Source: an uncultured Ignavibacteria bacterium (GTDB lineage Bacteria > Zixibacteria > MSB-5A5 > SM1-73). From it: a stretch of 64,000 nt of DNA. Each line of letters begins with the position of its first letter. The stretch's first letter is position 1. The notes below the pieces were generated by a model. It was not told the DNA's origin and did not search any database. It worked only from the letters and a program-made list of their open reading frames with translations. A program made the translations under genes and the position numbers. Below are positions 56,476 through 64,000 of the stretch, in pieces. The DNA lies in assembly GCA_964403165.1 (NCBI GenBank), contig CAYOFL010000002.1:5139-69138 (forward strand), read 5' to 3'.

Positions 56476-56700
56476 TTGGAGTGTTTATCTGTTGGGGCAG
56501 GGGTTGCATCCCCGCCCCTTTTCTGCGGTCACGGAGACCCCCAGACGGGAGGGCAGACGCCCCCGTCTGGGCGTCGGCTCGTCTGGGAGACGACCGCCCG
56601 TCTGGGCGGACAGGGGCTCGCCCTGCACTTCGTCCTGAGACTCAGTGTCGAAGGAAAGGCTCGCCCTGAAGGGTACAACCCCTGTCCGATCTGGAAAGAG
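56476..56700. repeat. GC-rich island of CGTCTGGG-type short repeats and hairpins
   Basis: ggggcaggggttgcatccccgcccc, then ccagacggg / cccgtctgggcg / cgtctgggag / cccgtctgggcgg. GC is far above the surroundings. Confidence 0.75.
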
Positions 56701-56816
56701 ATTATAGTGTTTACCTTTAAGTTAATCTTATAAAAACTCATTTTCTTTTGCGCAAAGCGGTCTCCTGCAGTGTGAAGCAAATGGTTCATACCCGTCGACG
56801 AAAGGTCTAGGATCAA

Positions 56817-56967
56817 GCTGAAGGGGTTGTTGAGAAACTCTTTTGGCAGGGCTAAATGCCCTGCCCTATGGGTTGCTAATCGTTGTTGTCCATAGGGGCG
56901 GGAATTTTCGTATGAATGCATACGCATATCCCGCCCCGAAGTGTGGCTTTTTCAACAAGCCCTGAAA
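56817..56967 (+). mobile_element. MITE-like element, copy 1 (with a nested extra hairpin)
   Basis: Imperfect terminal inverted repeats gctgaaggggttgttgagaaa / ctttttcaacaagccctgaa. Collinear with the reverse complement of 61385-61515, and carries an additional ttcgtatgaatgcatacgcata insert inside the ggggcggga/tcccgcccc loop. Confidence 0.7.
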
Positions 56968-57027
56968 CCAACACTCCAAGAGAATCTCTCCCAACTTAAG
57001 TTTTTCGTAAACTCCATAAATAATATC

Positions 57028-57056
57028 TTGACAACAGATTGTCGAATATTTACTCT
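57028..57056 (+). promoter_or_regulatory. Possible sigma-70-type promoter
   Basis: TTGACA, 17 nt, TACTCT, 36 nt upstream of the ribD-like start. Confidence 0.4.
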
Positions 57057-57091
57057 TCTTCAGAAAAAACAAAAGACTTTCTTAGGTTACA

Positions 57092-57838
57092 ATGAAAAAC
57101 ATTCCTGTTTTAACAGAAAAACGTATATTGGAGTTTGAGAGATCGCTTGAGAAACTTTCCCAAACCAAATATCGTAAGACCGGGATTCCTTTCGTCACCT
57201 TGAAGTATGCTCAAACTCTGGATGGCAAAATCGCCACCCCCTCCGGGGATTCCAGATGGATCAGCGGGCCGTCTTCCCTTCGCTTTGTTCATCGGATGCG
57301 AAGCGCAAGTGACGCTGTCCTGGTGGGAGTAAACACGATTATCCGGGATGACCCTCGTCTCACTGTTCGGTTCATCAAAGGCAAAAATCCTGAAAAGATA
57401 ATCCTCGACAGTCGACTTCGAACTCCACTTGACTGCAATGTAATCAAGGGAAAGGCGGCACACTCTACCATCATTGCCACCACCTCCCTTTCTGATCAGA
57501 AAAAAATCAAAAGGATACAATCAACAGGTGTCCAGGTGTGGTTGATAAAGAAAAATCGTTCAAACCAGGTCGACTTGCAAAGTCTTTTGAAAGAATTGGG
57601 ACAAAGGAATATCAGTTCCATCCTGGTCGAAGGGGGATCAAAGATAATTACCTCTTTTCTTAAAAAACGACTGGCTGACTATCTGGTGATGATCACTGCC
57701 CCAAAAATCTTGGGAAGGGGAATAAATAGCGTGAATCCTTTTACTCCATACGAATTTAAAAATCTGATCTTATTTTCTTCACTTAAGTATCTTCGATCGG
57801 GTGATGATGTGATCCTGAAAGCACTCATCAACAAATAA
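57092..57838 (+). CDS. ribD: stand-alone RibD-C-type pyrimidine reductase (riboflavin biosynthesis)
   Basis: FVTLKYAQTLDGKIATPSGDSRWISGPSS...DAVLVGVNTIIRDDPRLTVR. No N-terminal deaminase domain. Confidence 0.8.
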   Translation: MKNIPVLTEKRILEFERSLEKLSQTKYRKTGIPFVTLKYAQTLDGKIATPSGDSRWISGPSSLRFVHRMRSASDAVLVGVNTIIRDDPRLTVRFIKGKNPEKIILDSRLRTPLDCNVIKGKAAHSTIIATTSLSDQKKIKRIQSTGVQVWLIKKNRSNQVDLQSLLKELGQRNISSILVEGGSKIITSFLKKRLADYLVMITAPKILGRGINSVNPFTPYEFKNLILFSSLKYLRSGDDVILKALINK

Positions 57839-58003
57839 CAACTGAAACCTTGTTATAAATTCTCTTATCTTAAATCAATAATACTTCCTTTTATAATCAA
57901 ATACAGCAACAGCGTTGTAGAGAAGAACACCAATCTTAGTGTTCAATGTTTTGGCAAACCGCCAATACTGTATCATTGCAAGCAAATAACCTCAAATACC
58001 ATC

Positions 58004-58031
58004 TTGACATTTTCAAGTTTCATGCTATACT
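58004..58031 (+). promoter_or_regulatory. Putative sigma-70-type promoter
   Basis: TTGACA, 16 nt, TATACT, about 200 nt upstream of the M23 peptidase gene. Confidence 0.45.
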
Positions 58032-58230
58032 TACTATTAGAAAGAGAAAATAAAAAACTCCATACTTACACCCCCGTAAGCAGGGCTTCCAGCCCTGCAA
58101 AAGGAGTTTTTCAGAAAACTCTATACAGAAACGTATTATGGGTTTCAAGTAAAACATGAGATGGCATTCCCAAGCTATTGTAAATGATATGCTTATCAAT
58201 TATAACTCAGACCTAAAAGCGTGAAATAAA

Positions 58231-59736
58231 ATGAAACAGAATTCATCTAACCTGAGACGTTTTGCAGAAATTGTCCTTTTCTGCGCCTCTTTGATTCTTT
58301 TAGTCACTCCGGCAGATGCTATTCGTTGGCCCTTTGCTCCCGGGAACGTATCTCTTCCGCTGGGGAACAACTATGGGGAGTATCAATATTATGGAGGTTC
58401 CCCTTATCTTCATCCGGGAATAGACATTATGCAACTTTTTGGTTCCCCTGTATATGCGGTCAAATCTGGCATAGTCAAAGCTGTACTCACCATCTCAGGT
58501 GATTATCACTGGAGGGTGGCAGTAGGGGACTCAGCTGGGTCCGGCTGGTGCGACGGCTGGCTCTATGCTCACCTGGATCGATACACCATTCCGGTTCAGG
58601 TGGGCGACAGCGTAAAGGTCGGCGACTATTTAGGTGATTTAGTCTATTGGCCTGTGGCAAACTTTCATCACCTGCATTTCGTCAAGATAAGAAATCAGGG
58701 GGTAACCTGGTCATCCGACTGGAAGTTCATCGCCAATCCTTTAGACGAACTGATCCCCATCGACGAGCCTGATTATCCTGAGATCGAAAATGCACAAGAT
58801 GGCTACAAATTTGCCTTCTGTTATAATAACACTCACGCATATTTCGATCCCGGAAGTCCGGTCTCAGGATCTGTAGACATCGTCTCAAAGATATATGACA
58901 AAACTCTTCACCCCTCTTGGCGGATGATCCCCTATCAGATTGAATACTCCATCTTCAATGACAGTGTCTCCTTTGGTCCGGTTCTTTCCTTTATTTTCAC
59001 TGACACCCTCTTCTGGGATCAGAATGTAAGCGTGATCTATCAGGATGATGCTGTATGCCACACGCAGGGAGATTATAATTATAGGAATTTCTATTTCATC
59101 CTTACCAACACGGATGGAGACAGCGTAATCGAAGCCTCCGATTGGTTTTGTGGCTGGAACACGGAAGAGTTTCCCAATGCAACTTACTGGGTGAAGGTGA
59201 CCGCTTACGATAGATATGGAAACTCAGATTCAGACAGCATGCAGGTTCAGGTGGAGAATTATTTTGAAGTGATGGGGAAGGTAGGCTTATCCGACAATCC
59301 TCCAGACTCTTCGGAAAGCGTAATCCAAATATGGGAACTGGCAATCTCAGACACCACCGACCAGACCGGTTCCTTCATTTTTGAAAACGTTGGTGGCGGA
59401 CATTACCTTTTTCAGATAACTCATCCAGGTTACTTCACTCTTGATACAGTGGTGCAGATTTCAGGAGGAGTGGACTTTGTGTTCACCTTAAACGTGGGAT
59501 CGTATATTCGAGGAGACGTCAATTACGACCAACAGATCGAATTAGGGGACGTGATTTATCTTATAAACTTTCTATTTAAGAATGGACCACCTCCTATGCC
59601 CTACTTCTCTGGAGATGCTAATGGCGACACGGTGGTGGACATCTCGGATGTGGTCTATCTTATAAATTATCTGTATAGGGAAGGACCACCACCAATAAAC
59701 GATCAAAAATCAAAAACTACAAATACAAAGAGATAA
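58231..59736 (+). CDS. secreted M23 (LytM-type) metallopeptidase with CarboxypepD_reg-like and dockerin-like C-terminal modules
   Basis: HPGIDI (HxxxD), GSPVYAVKSGIV, and HHLHF (HxH), plus a signal peptide and a C-terminal double dockerin-like module. Confidence 0.8.
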   Translation: MKQNSSNLRRFAEIVLFCASLILLVTPADAIRWPFAPGNVSLPLGNNYGEYQYYGGSPYLHPGIDIMQLFGSPVYAVKSGIVKAVLTISGDYHWRVAVGDSAGSGWCDGWLYAHLDRYTIPVQVGDSVKVGDYLGDLVYWPVANFHHLHFVKIRNQGVTWSSDWKFIANPLDELIPIDEPDYPEIENAQDGYKFAFCYNNTHAYFDPGSPVSGSVDIVSKIYDKTLHPSWRMIPYQIEYSIFNDSVSFGPVLSFIFTDTLFWDQNVSVIYQDDAVCHTQGDYNYRNFYFILTNTDGDSVIEASDWFCGWNTEEFPNATYWVKVTAYDRYGNSDSDSMQVQVENYFEVMGKVGLSDNPPDSSESVIQIWELAISDTTDQTGSFIFENVGGGHYLFQITHPGYFTLDTVVQISGGVDFVFTLNVGSYIRGDVNYDQQIELGDVIYLINFLFKNGPPPMPYFSGDANGDTVVDISDVVYLINYLYREGPPPINDQKSKTTNTKR

Positions 59737-59759
59737 TTTGCAAATCGAGGCAGGTTGAA

Positions 59760-61349
59760 ATGAAAATATTGTTAAGTTCTTTTATCATAATTTGTGCTGT
59801 TTCTGGATTTAGTTTTGCTGAAATTCCTCTTCAGAAATCCCCATTCTGGCAATCCACCGAGATTGGGGTTTACTCCACCGGTGCCAATTGGGGTGACCTC
59901 GACAAAAACGGATATTTGGATTTTGCCATCTCTAATGGAAACGACATGGCAAAGGCTCCCAATTACGTTTATTTCAATTATGCTGGAAATATTCAGACCA
60001 CCCATGGCTGGGCTTCTTCTAACCAGCAATATTCCGGACATTCCGCCTTAGGAGACGTAAATCAGGATGGCTATTTAGATTTTGCAGTATCCAACTACAT
60101 CTCCTCTGGATGGAAAAGATCAACCATTCAGCTTTATTTAAACACAGGTGGCACTCTGGAGACAACTCCCTCGTGGCAATCTGCTGACTCGGTGCACTCC
60201 TTTGCTTGTGCGTTCGGGGATGCGGATGGAGATGGTGATCTGGACTTGGCTGTAGCCAGTGGAGAATCCTATCACAGTATCCGGGAACCCCAGAGAATCT
60301 ATTACAACGTTGGAGGAACTTTAGAGATCACCCCTTCCTGGACCTCCATCGATAGCACTCCCTGCTACGATGTGGAATGGGCAGATGTGGACAACGACGG
60401 AGATCTGGATCTGGCTTTTATCGGTTCCATAGGCCCGGTCTTTGTCTATTATAATTATGGAGATTCAATCGAGCCATATGCCTCATGGAACTCCGGTGGA
60501 TACTATGATGGGAATACCCTCAACTGGGGGGATATGGACAATGATGGTTTTCTGGACTTAGCAGTTGCCAACAATACCCAGTTAGGGCAACCGGGATATT
60601 TTGAAGTTTATCTCAATGTAGGGGGAACACTGCAAACTACTCCCATCTGGAGATCAAGCACCCAGGGTTATGGTTCTTCTGTCTGTTGGTGTGATGTGGA
60701 CAATGATGGAGATAAGGATTTAGCCGCGGGCAGATGGTGGGGATACTCGGTGGTATATGAGAACATAGGTGGAACTTTGACCACCACCCCAGCCTGGCAA
60801 TGCAGTTCAAGCTATACCGCCGTGGTGGAGGAGATGGTCTGGGCGGATGTGGACGGCGACGGAGTTCTAAATGTCATGGGCGAGACTCATGCGGGCGATG
60901 GAATAAAAAAAGTGTTCTATCTGAACCACTATCCTGCTCACTCTCTGGAGAACGTGATAGTGGATGGTGACACTCTTGCATTAACCCACTATTGCTACAA
61001 TTTAGCCAGTGGCTGGGTCTCTGTCACTACCGCCCCTATAACAGAGATCATTTTCGATTATCATTACTCTTTCAAGCCTGATCTGGGGGTGAGCAACTGG
61101 GAAGGTGCAAACATGATTTTCAAAAACATTGCCACAACCTATGTATGGGGAGATGCCAACGGTAATGGTGAAGTGGAGGTGGGAGATATAATATATCTGA
61201 TTAATTATCTTTACAAAGGTGGACCAGAACCTAATCCCCGACCTTCCGGAGATCCAAATAACGACTGCACCATAGATCTGGCTGATGTTGTCTATCTACT
61301 GAACTATTTATATCGCGGTGGTCCTGCTCCTTTGCATGGATGCGCTTAG
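59760..61349 (+). CDS. secreted FG-GAP/VCBS-repeat protein with a dockerin-like C-terminus
   Basis: Seven D.D.DG.LD(L/F)A(V/I) Ca-binding loops (e.g. GDADGDGDLDLAVAS, ADVDNDGDLDLAFIG) and a C-terminal double dockerin-like module. Confidence 0.88.
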   Translation: MKILLSSFIIICAVSGFSFAEIPLQKSPFWQSTEIGVYSTGANWGDLDKNGYLDFAISNGNDMAKAPNYVYFNYAGNIQTTHGWASSNQQYSGHSALGDVNQDGYLDFAVSNYISSGWKRSTIQLYLNTGGTLETTPSWQSADSVHSFACAFGDADGDGDLDLAVASGESYHSIREPQRIYYNVGGTLEITPSWTSIDSTPCYDVEWADVDNDGDLDLAFIGSIGPVFVYYNYGDSIEPYASWNSGGYYDGNTLNWGDMDNDGFLDLAVANNTQLGQPGYFEVYLNVGGTLQTTPIWRSSTQGYGSSVCWCDVDNDGDKDLAAGRWWGYSVVYENIGGTLTTTPAWQCSSSYTAVVEEMVWADVDGDGVLNVMGETHAGDGIKKVFYLNHYPAHSLENVIVDGDTLALTHYCYNLASGWVSVTTAPITEIIFDYHYSFKPDLGVSNWEGANMIFKNIATTYVWGDANGNGEVEVGDIIYLINYLYKGGPEPNPRPSGDPNNDCTIDLADVVYLLNYLYRGGPAPLHGCA

Positions 61350-61384
61350 GTTTCTTTTTTTGCAGTGAAAAATGTAGGGACGAA

Positions 61385-61515
61385 GCTTCAGGGCTTGTTG
61401 AAAAAGCTATATTTGGGGGCGGGATAAATTCCCGCCCCTATGGGAGACAACTACTTATCATCCATAGGGCAGGGCATTTAGCCCTGCCAAGAGGTTTTTC
61501 AACAGTCCCTTCAGC
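61385..61515 (-). mobile_element. MITE-like element, copy 2
   Basis: The reverse complement aligns end-to-end with 56817-56967 minus the nested 22-nt hairpin. Confidence 0.7.
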
Positions 61516-61527
61516 TCCGCTCTTATC

Positions 61528-61758
61528 TTACTCAGGTGTTTTGAATCTTTCCTCTTCTTTCTCTTTTTTCGACTCCCTCTTCACCACCGCTCCCACCAGA
61601 AGCGCAATACCGATAACCACCAGAACCAAAGGCCACATGATTCCAAAATCGGGGATGATGCCCAGATTCGACAGAAGGAAAATCACCCCCAGACCTAATA
61701 CTATCAGTCCTCCAATCACCATGCCGTGACGGTCATCTTTCTCATCCTGATGGTTCAT
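61528..61758 (-). CDS. small membrane protein (2 TM helices)
   Basis: 76 aa. Two hydrophobic helices (VIGGLIVLGLGVIFLLSNLGII, MWPLVLVVIGIALLVGAVV) and a K/E-rich tail. Confidence 0.55.
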   Translation of the reverse strand: MNHQDEKDDRHGMVIGGLIVLGLGVIFLLSNLGIIPDFGIMWPLVLVVIGIALLVGAVVKRESKKEKEEERFKTPE

Positions 61759-61844
61759 AACTCCTCCTTTTCAAGCTCAATTTTCTTTACGTCCATACAA
61801 TGTGTTTTGTTACAAAAACCTGTCCTTGGGTAGGTGTAATTTCC

Positions 61845-61942
61845 GTTGTGTCAGGACCTGAGTCCTGACACCTTTTAAAGCGTCAGTCACCAGGATTCCC
61901 CGTACGGGGAAGAGAAAAGCTCCTGACGCAACCATTAATGTT
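61845..61942 (-). repeat. ~97-nt structured repeat element, copy B
   Basis: Reverse complement of copy A (21046-21142), with stem-preserving substitutions. Confidence 0.9.
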
Positions 61943-62013
61943 CGGGATCGAAGTCGGCGGCGGCGCACCTCTGTTTGCCCTGAAGGCAATTAGGGGGTGC
62001 GTCGTTTTTTTTC

Positions 62014-62042
62014 TTGATTTTTGGAAGGAAATTGCATAGTAT
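62014..62042 (+). promoter_or_regulatory. Putative sigma-70-type promoter of asnA
   Basis: TTGATT, 17 nt, TAGTAT, preceded by a hairpin plus T8 (61966-62012). Confidence 0.45.
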
Positions 62043-62147
62043 ATAAGGCTCGGAAGAGCGAAAAAGATAACAGGAGATGACTCTCCTGGTTAAGCAGTCG
62101 AGCAGACAGAAATTTACGCTTATGTTAGTGAAAAGGAGGTAAACACA

Positions 62148-62837
62148 ATGGCAACCGTAGACAAGAAGGCAGACTTAGCTGGACCCGGTATCGGTGACTA
62201 TAACCAGCTGGAAAAAATCCTGCCACAGGACTACAGCTCTCTTTTAACCCCGAAGGAAACGCAGAAGGCAATCACTTCTGCGAAAAACTACATCGAGGAG
62301 GGTCTGTGCAAGGAGCTCAATCTGATGCGGGTTGAGGTTCCCCTGATCGTAGACGTTGAGAGTGGTGTAAACGATATGTTGGACCGGGATGGCTCACGCA
62401 CCCCCATCGGGTTCCATATTTCAAACGACTATGACAAGCACCCGGTCGATGCCCAGATAGTGCAGGCCGCAACCAAGTGGAAGCGTGTTGCGCTGAAGCA
62501 GTTCGGCATGGAGGTGGGGGAGGGCCTATACACCGACATGCGCGCCGTGCGCAAGGACTACTTCTTAGACCACGATCACAGCGCATACGTGGACCAGTGG
62601 GACTGGGAACTGGTGATAACCGAAGAGCAACGCAACCTGCAGTTCCTAACCGAAGTGATAGAGAAGATCTGGAAGGTCATCAAGGGAGCCGAGACCCATG
62701 TTCAGCAACTCTTTCCCCAGTTGAAAACGGACAAATATCCCGACCTGCCCGAGAAGCTCACATTCATACATGCCGAAGAAATCCTTGATAAGTACCCCGA
62801 CCTGCCGCGCAAGCAGCGTGAGACGGCGATTGTGAAG
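62148..62837 (+). pseudogene. asnA: aspartate--ammonia ligase (AsnA), 5' fragment
   Basis: VDQWDWE, LYTDMRAVRKD and YPDLPRKQRETAIVK align with AsnA up to the residue before the conserved (D/E)xxAhF.hGhG segment. The frame then runs into inserted DNA and stops after 2 codons. Confidence 0.85.
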
Positions 62838-63424
62838 TTAAACTAAATTTGAGCTGGTTTAACGACAAAGCATTTATTAATATTAACTTATAACTGAAAA
62901 ATAATGACAATCAAAATCTTTGTCACGGGTGGGACTTTCGATAAAGAGTACAATGAACTCGAAGGTGAACTCTTTTTCAAGGACACTCACCTACCTGAAA
63001 TGCTAAAATTGGGTCGTTGTAAACTAGAAATTGACATCAGAACTCTAATGATGATTGATAGTTTAGATATGACTGACGCTGATAGAAAAATTATTCTTGA
63101 AAACTGCCGAAGAACAAAGGAAGATAAAATACTGATTACCCACGGCACTGATACGATGGTAGAAACTGCCAAAGTTCTCGCAAATTCCATAAACGATAAA
63201 ACAATAATTTTAACCGGTGCAATGATACCATACAAGTTTGGTAGTTCTGATGGATTATTCAATTTAGGAAGTTCTTTGGCATTTGTCCAAACTTTACCGC
63301 ATGGAGTTTATATTTCTATGAATGGCAAATATTTTCACTGGAATAATGTTAGAAAAAACAAACAGACAGGTGAGTTTGAAGAAATAAAGTAAACGTTTCG
63401 CAAAACTTATTGTATTCCTAAACG
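62838..63424 (+). other. 587-bp low-GC insertion splitting asnA
   Basis: The flanks join to ...ATT GTG AAG | GAA GCC GTC... (IVK|EAVAIF), restoring a continuous AsnA frame. GC falls from about 55% to about 35% by eye. I see no TIRs or clear target-site duplication. Confidence 0.8.
62904..63392 (+). CDS. short L-asparaginase-like protein (N-terminal catalytic domain only)
   Basis: 162 aa with IFVTGGTFDKE (TGGT motif) and LITHGTDTMVETA (HGTDT motif). No SD upstream, unlike host genes. Confidence 0.75.
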   Translation: MTIKIFVTGGTFDKEYNELEGELFFKDTHLPEMLKLGRCKLEIDIRTLMMIDSLDMTDADRKIILENCRRTKEDKILITHGTDTMVETAKVLANSINDKTIILTGAMIPYKFGSSDGLFNLGSSLAFVQTLPHGVYISMNGKYFHWNNVRKNKQTGEFEEIK

Positions 63425-63871
63425 GAAGCCGTCGCGATCTTCATCTATGGGGTCGGCTGGATCCTCAAGGACGGTTACCCGCACGAAATGAGAGCGGCAG
63501 ACTACGACGACTGGGTCACGGAGACAAAGTCTAAAGACGGCAGACCCATGCATGGTCTCAATGGTGATATTCTTGTCTGGAACCCGGTGACAAAGCGCCG
63601 CCACGAGCTGACCTCCATGGGTATTCGGGTTAACGCTGACACGCTCAAGAAACAGTTGGAGATGACCGGACAGCTTGATTTCCTCAAGTTGCCATACCAC
63701 CAGGCAATCATAAACAACCAGATACCCTTGAGCATTGGTGGTGGCATCGGGCAGTCCCGCACTTACATGACCCTGCTCAAAAAGGCGCACCTTGGAGAGT
63801 GCAGTGTCACCGTATGGCCAAAGATACTCAAGGACATGTGTAGGGAGAAGAACATTCATATCTTAGAGTAA
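63425..63871 (+). pseudogene. asnA: aspartate--ammonia ligase (AsnA), 3' fragment
   Basis: The in-frame reading EAVAIFIYGVGWILKDGYPHEMRAADYDDW...LNGDILVWNP...SMGIRV...GGGIGQSR matches the AsnA C-terminal half. Confidence 0.85.
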
Positions 63872-63953
63872 AGGGAGGTAACGTCAACACTACCCTTCAC
63901 GCATCAATTTAACGTGTAGAAAAACGAGTCACCACCTTTTTCAGTAATCATGG

Positions 63954-63990
63954 CCAGCACCTAACTTAAGTTAGGTGCTGGTTTTTTTCT
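63954..63990 (+). terminator. 28-bp palindrome (family copy 5) followed by a T-run, acting as a terminator
   Basis: ccagcacctaacttaagttaggtgctgg + ttttttt. Confidence 0.75.
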
Positions 63991-64000
63991 TTCCACGAAA

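Noticed and set aside
56900-57091. FMN (RFN) riboswitch upstream of the ribD-like gene
   Set aside because: I read the leader on the plus strand and found none of the conserved RFN core helices or sequences. The region is occupied by the MITE-like repeat and a short AT-rich promoter region.
62837-62863. Integron attC-like boundary of the asparaginase cassette (GTTAAAC ... GTTTAAC)
   Set aside because: The two 7-mers fit the GTTRRRY/RYYYAAC cores. However, they are in the wrong order, only 13 nt apart, and at the 5' end of the cassette. There is no 60-140-nt attC structure at the 3' end, and no integrase is present in the window.
62317-63859. ORFs antisense or off-frame to asnA (62317-62586, 62477-62788, 63407-63859, 63502-63762)
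   Set aside because: High local GC keeps the alternative frames open. The sense frames match AsnA motif for motif.

Overview
This is a 64-kb window from an AT-leaning bacterium, roughly 40-45% GC by eye. Genes carry strong AGGAGG-type Shine-Dalgarno sites. I cannot assign a lineage from the sequence alone.

Gene content from left to right:
1. The conserved thrS-infC-rpmI-rplT-pheS-pheT translation cluster (minus strand), plus tRNA-Val(GAC) with an adjacent tRNA remnant.
2. A motility and signalling block: flgM, a radical SAM/SPASM enzyme, fliW, csrA, a CheY-like receiver, GAF/PAS histidine kinases, a PilZ protein and fliA.
3. A TPR array protein and a second radical SAM enzyme.
4. pilM-pilN-pilO-(AMIN-PilP fusion)-pilQ, plus a minor-pilin-like gene behind a near-consensus sigma-54 promoter.
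5. A secreted S8 protease, a beta-helix protein and an NtrC-type activator.
6. A DNA repair/conflict island. It holds an SNase-like nuclease, rad50/sbcC, mre11/sbcD, herA and nurA, then a tightly overlapped GHKL-ATPase / unknown / Dcm / Mig-type glycosylase operon, then a tandem MazG-like protein.
7. Further surface proteins (LVIVD propeller, 10x CarboxypepD_reg array, M23 peptidase, FG-GAP protein) and a stand-alone RibD reductase.
8. An asnA gene cleanly interrupted by a low-GC asparaginase-like cassette.

Five secreted proteins end in the same double dockerin-like module. Intergenic DNA is filled with modular GC-hairpin repeat families, a 28-bp palindrome family and heptanucleotide tandem repeats, one of them inside sbcD.

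The best candidates for something new are:
- the GHKL/unknown/Dcm/Mig operon, which has no recognisable restriction nuclease;
- the archaeal-style nurA-herA-mre11-rad50 cluster;
- the asnA::asparaginase insertion;
- the heptamer and hairpin repeat system.

All calls rest on reading motifs by eye. No database search was possible.
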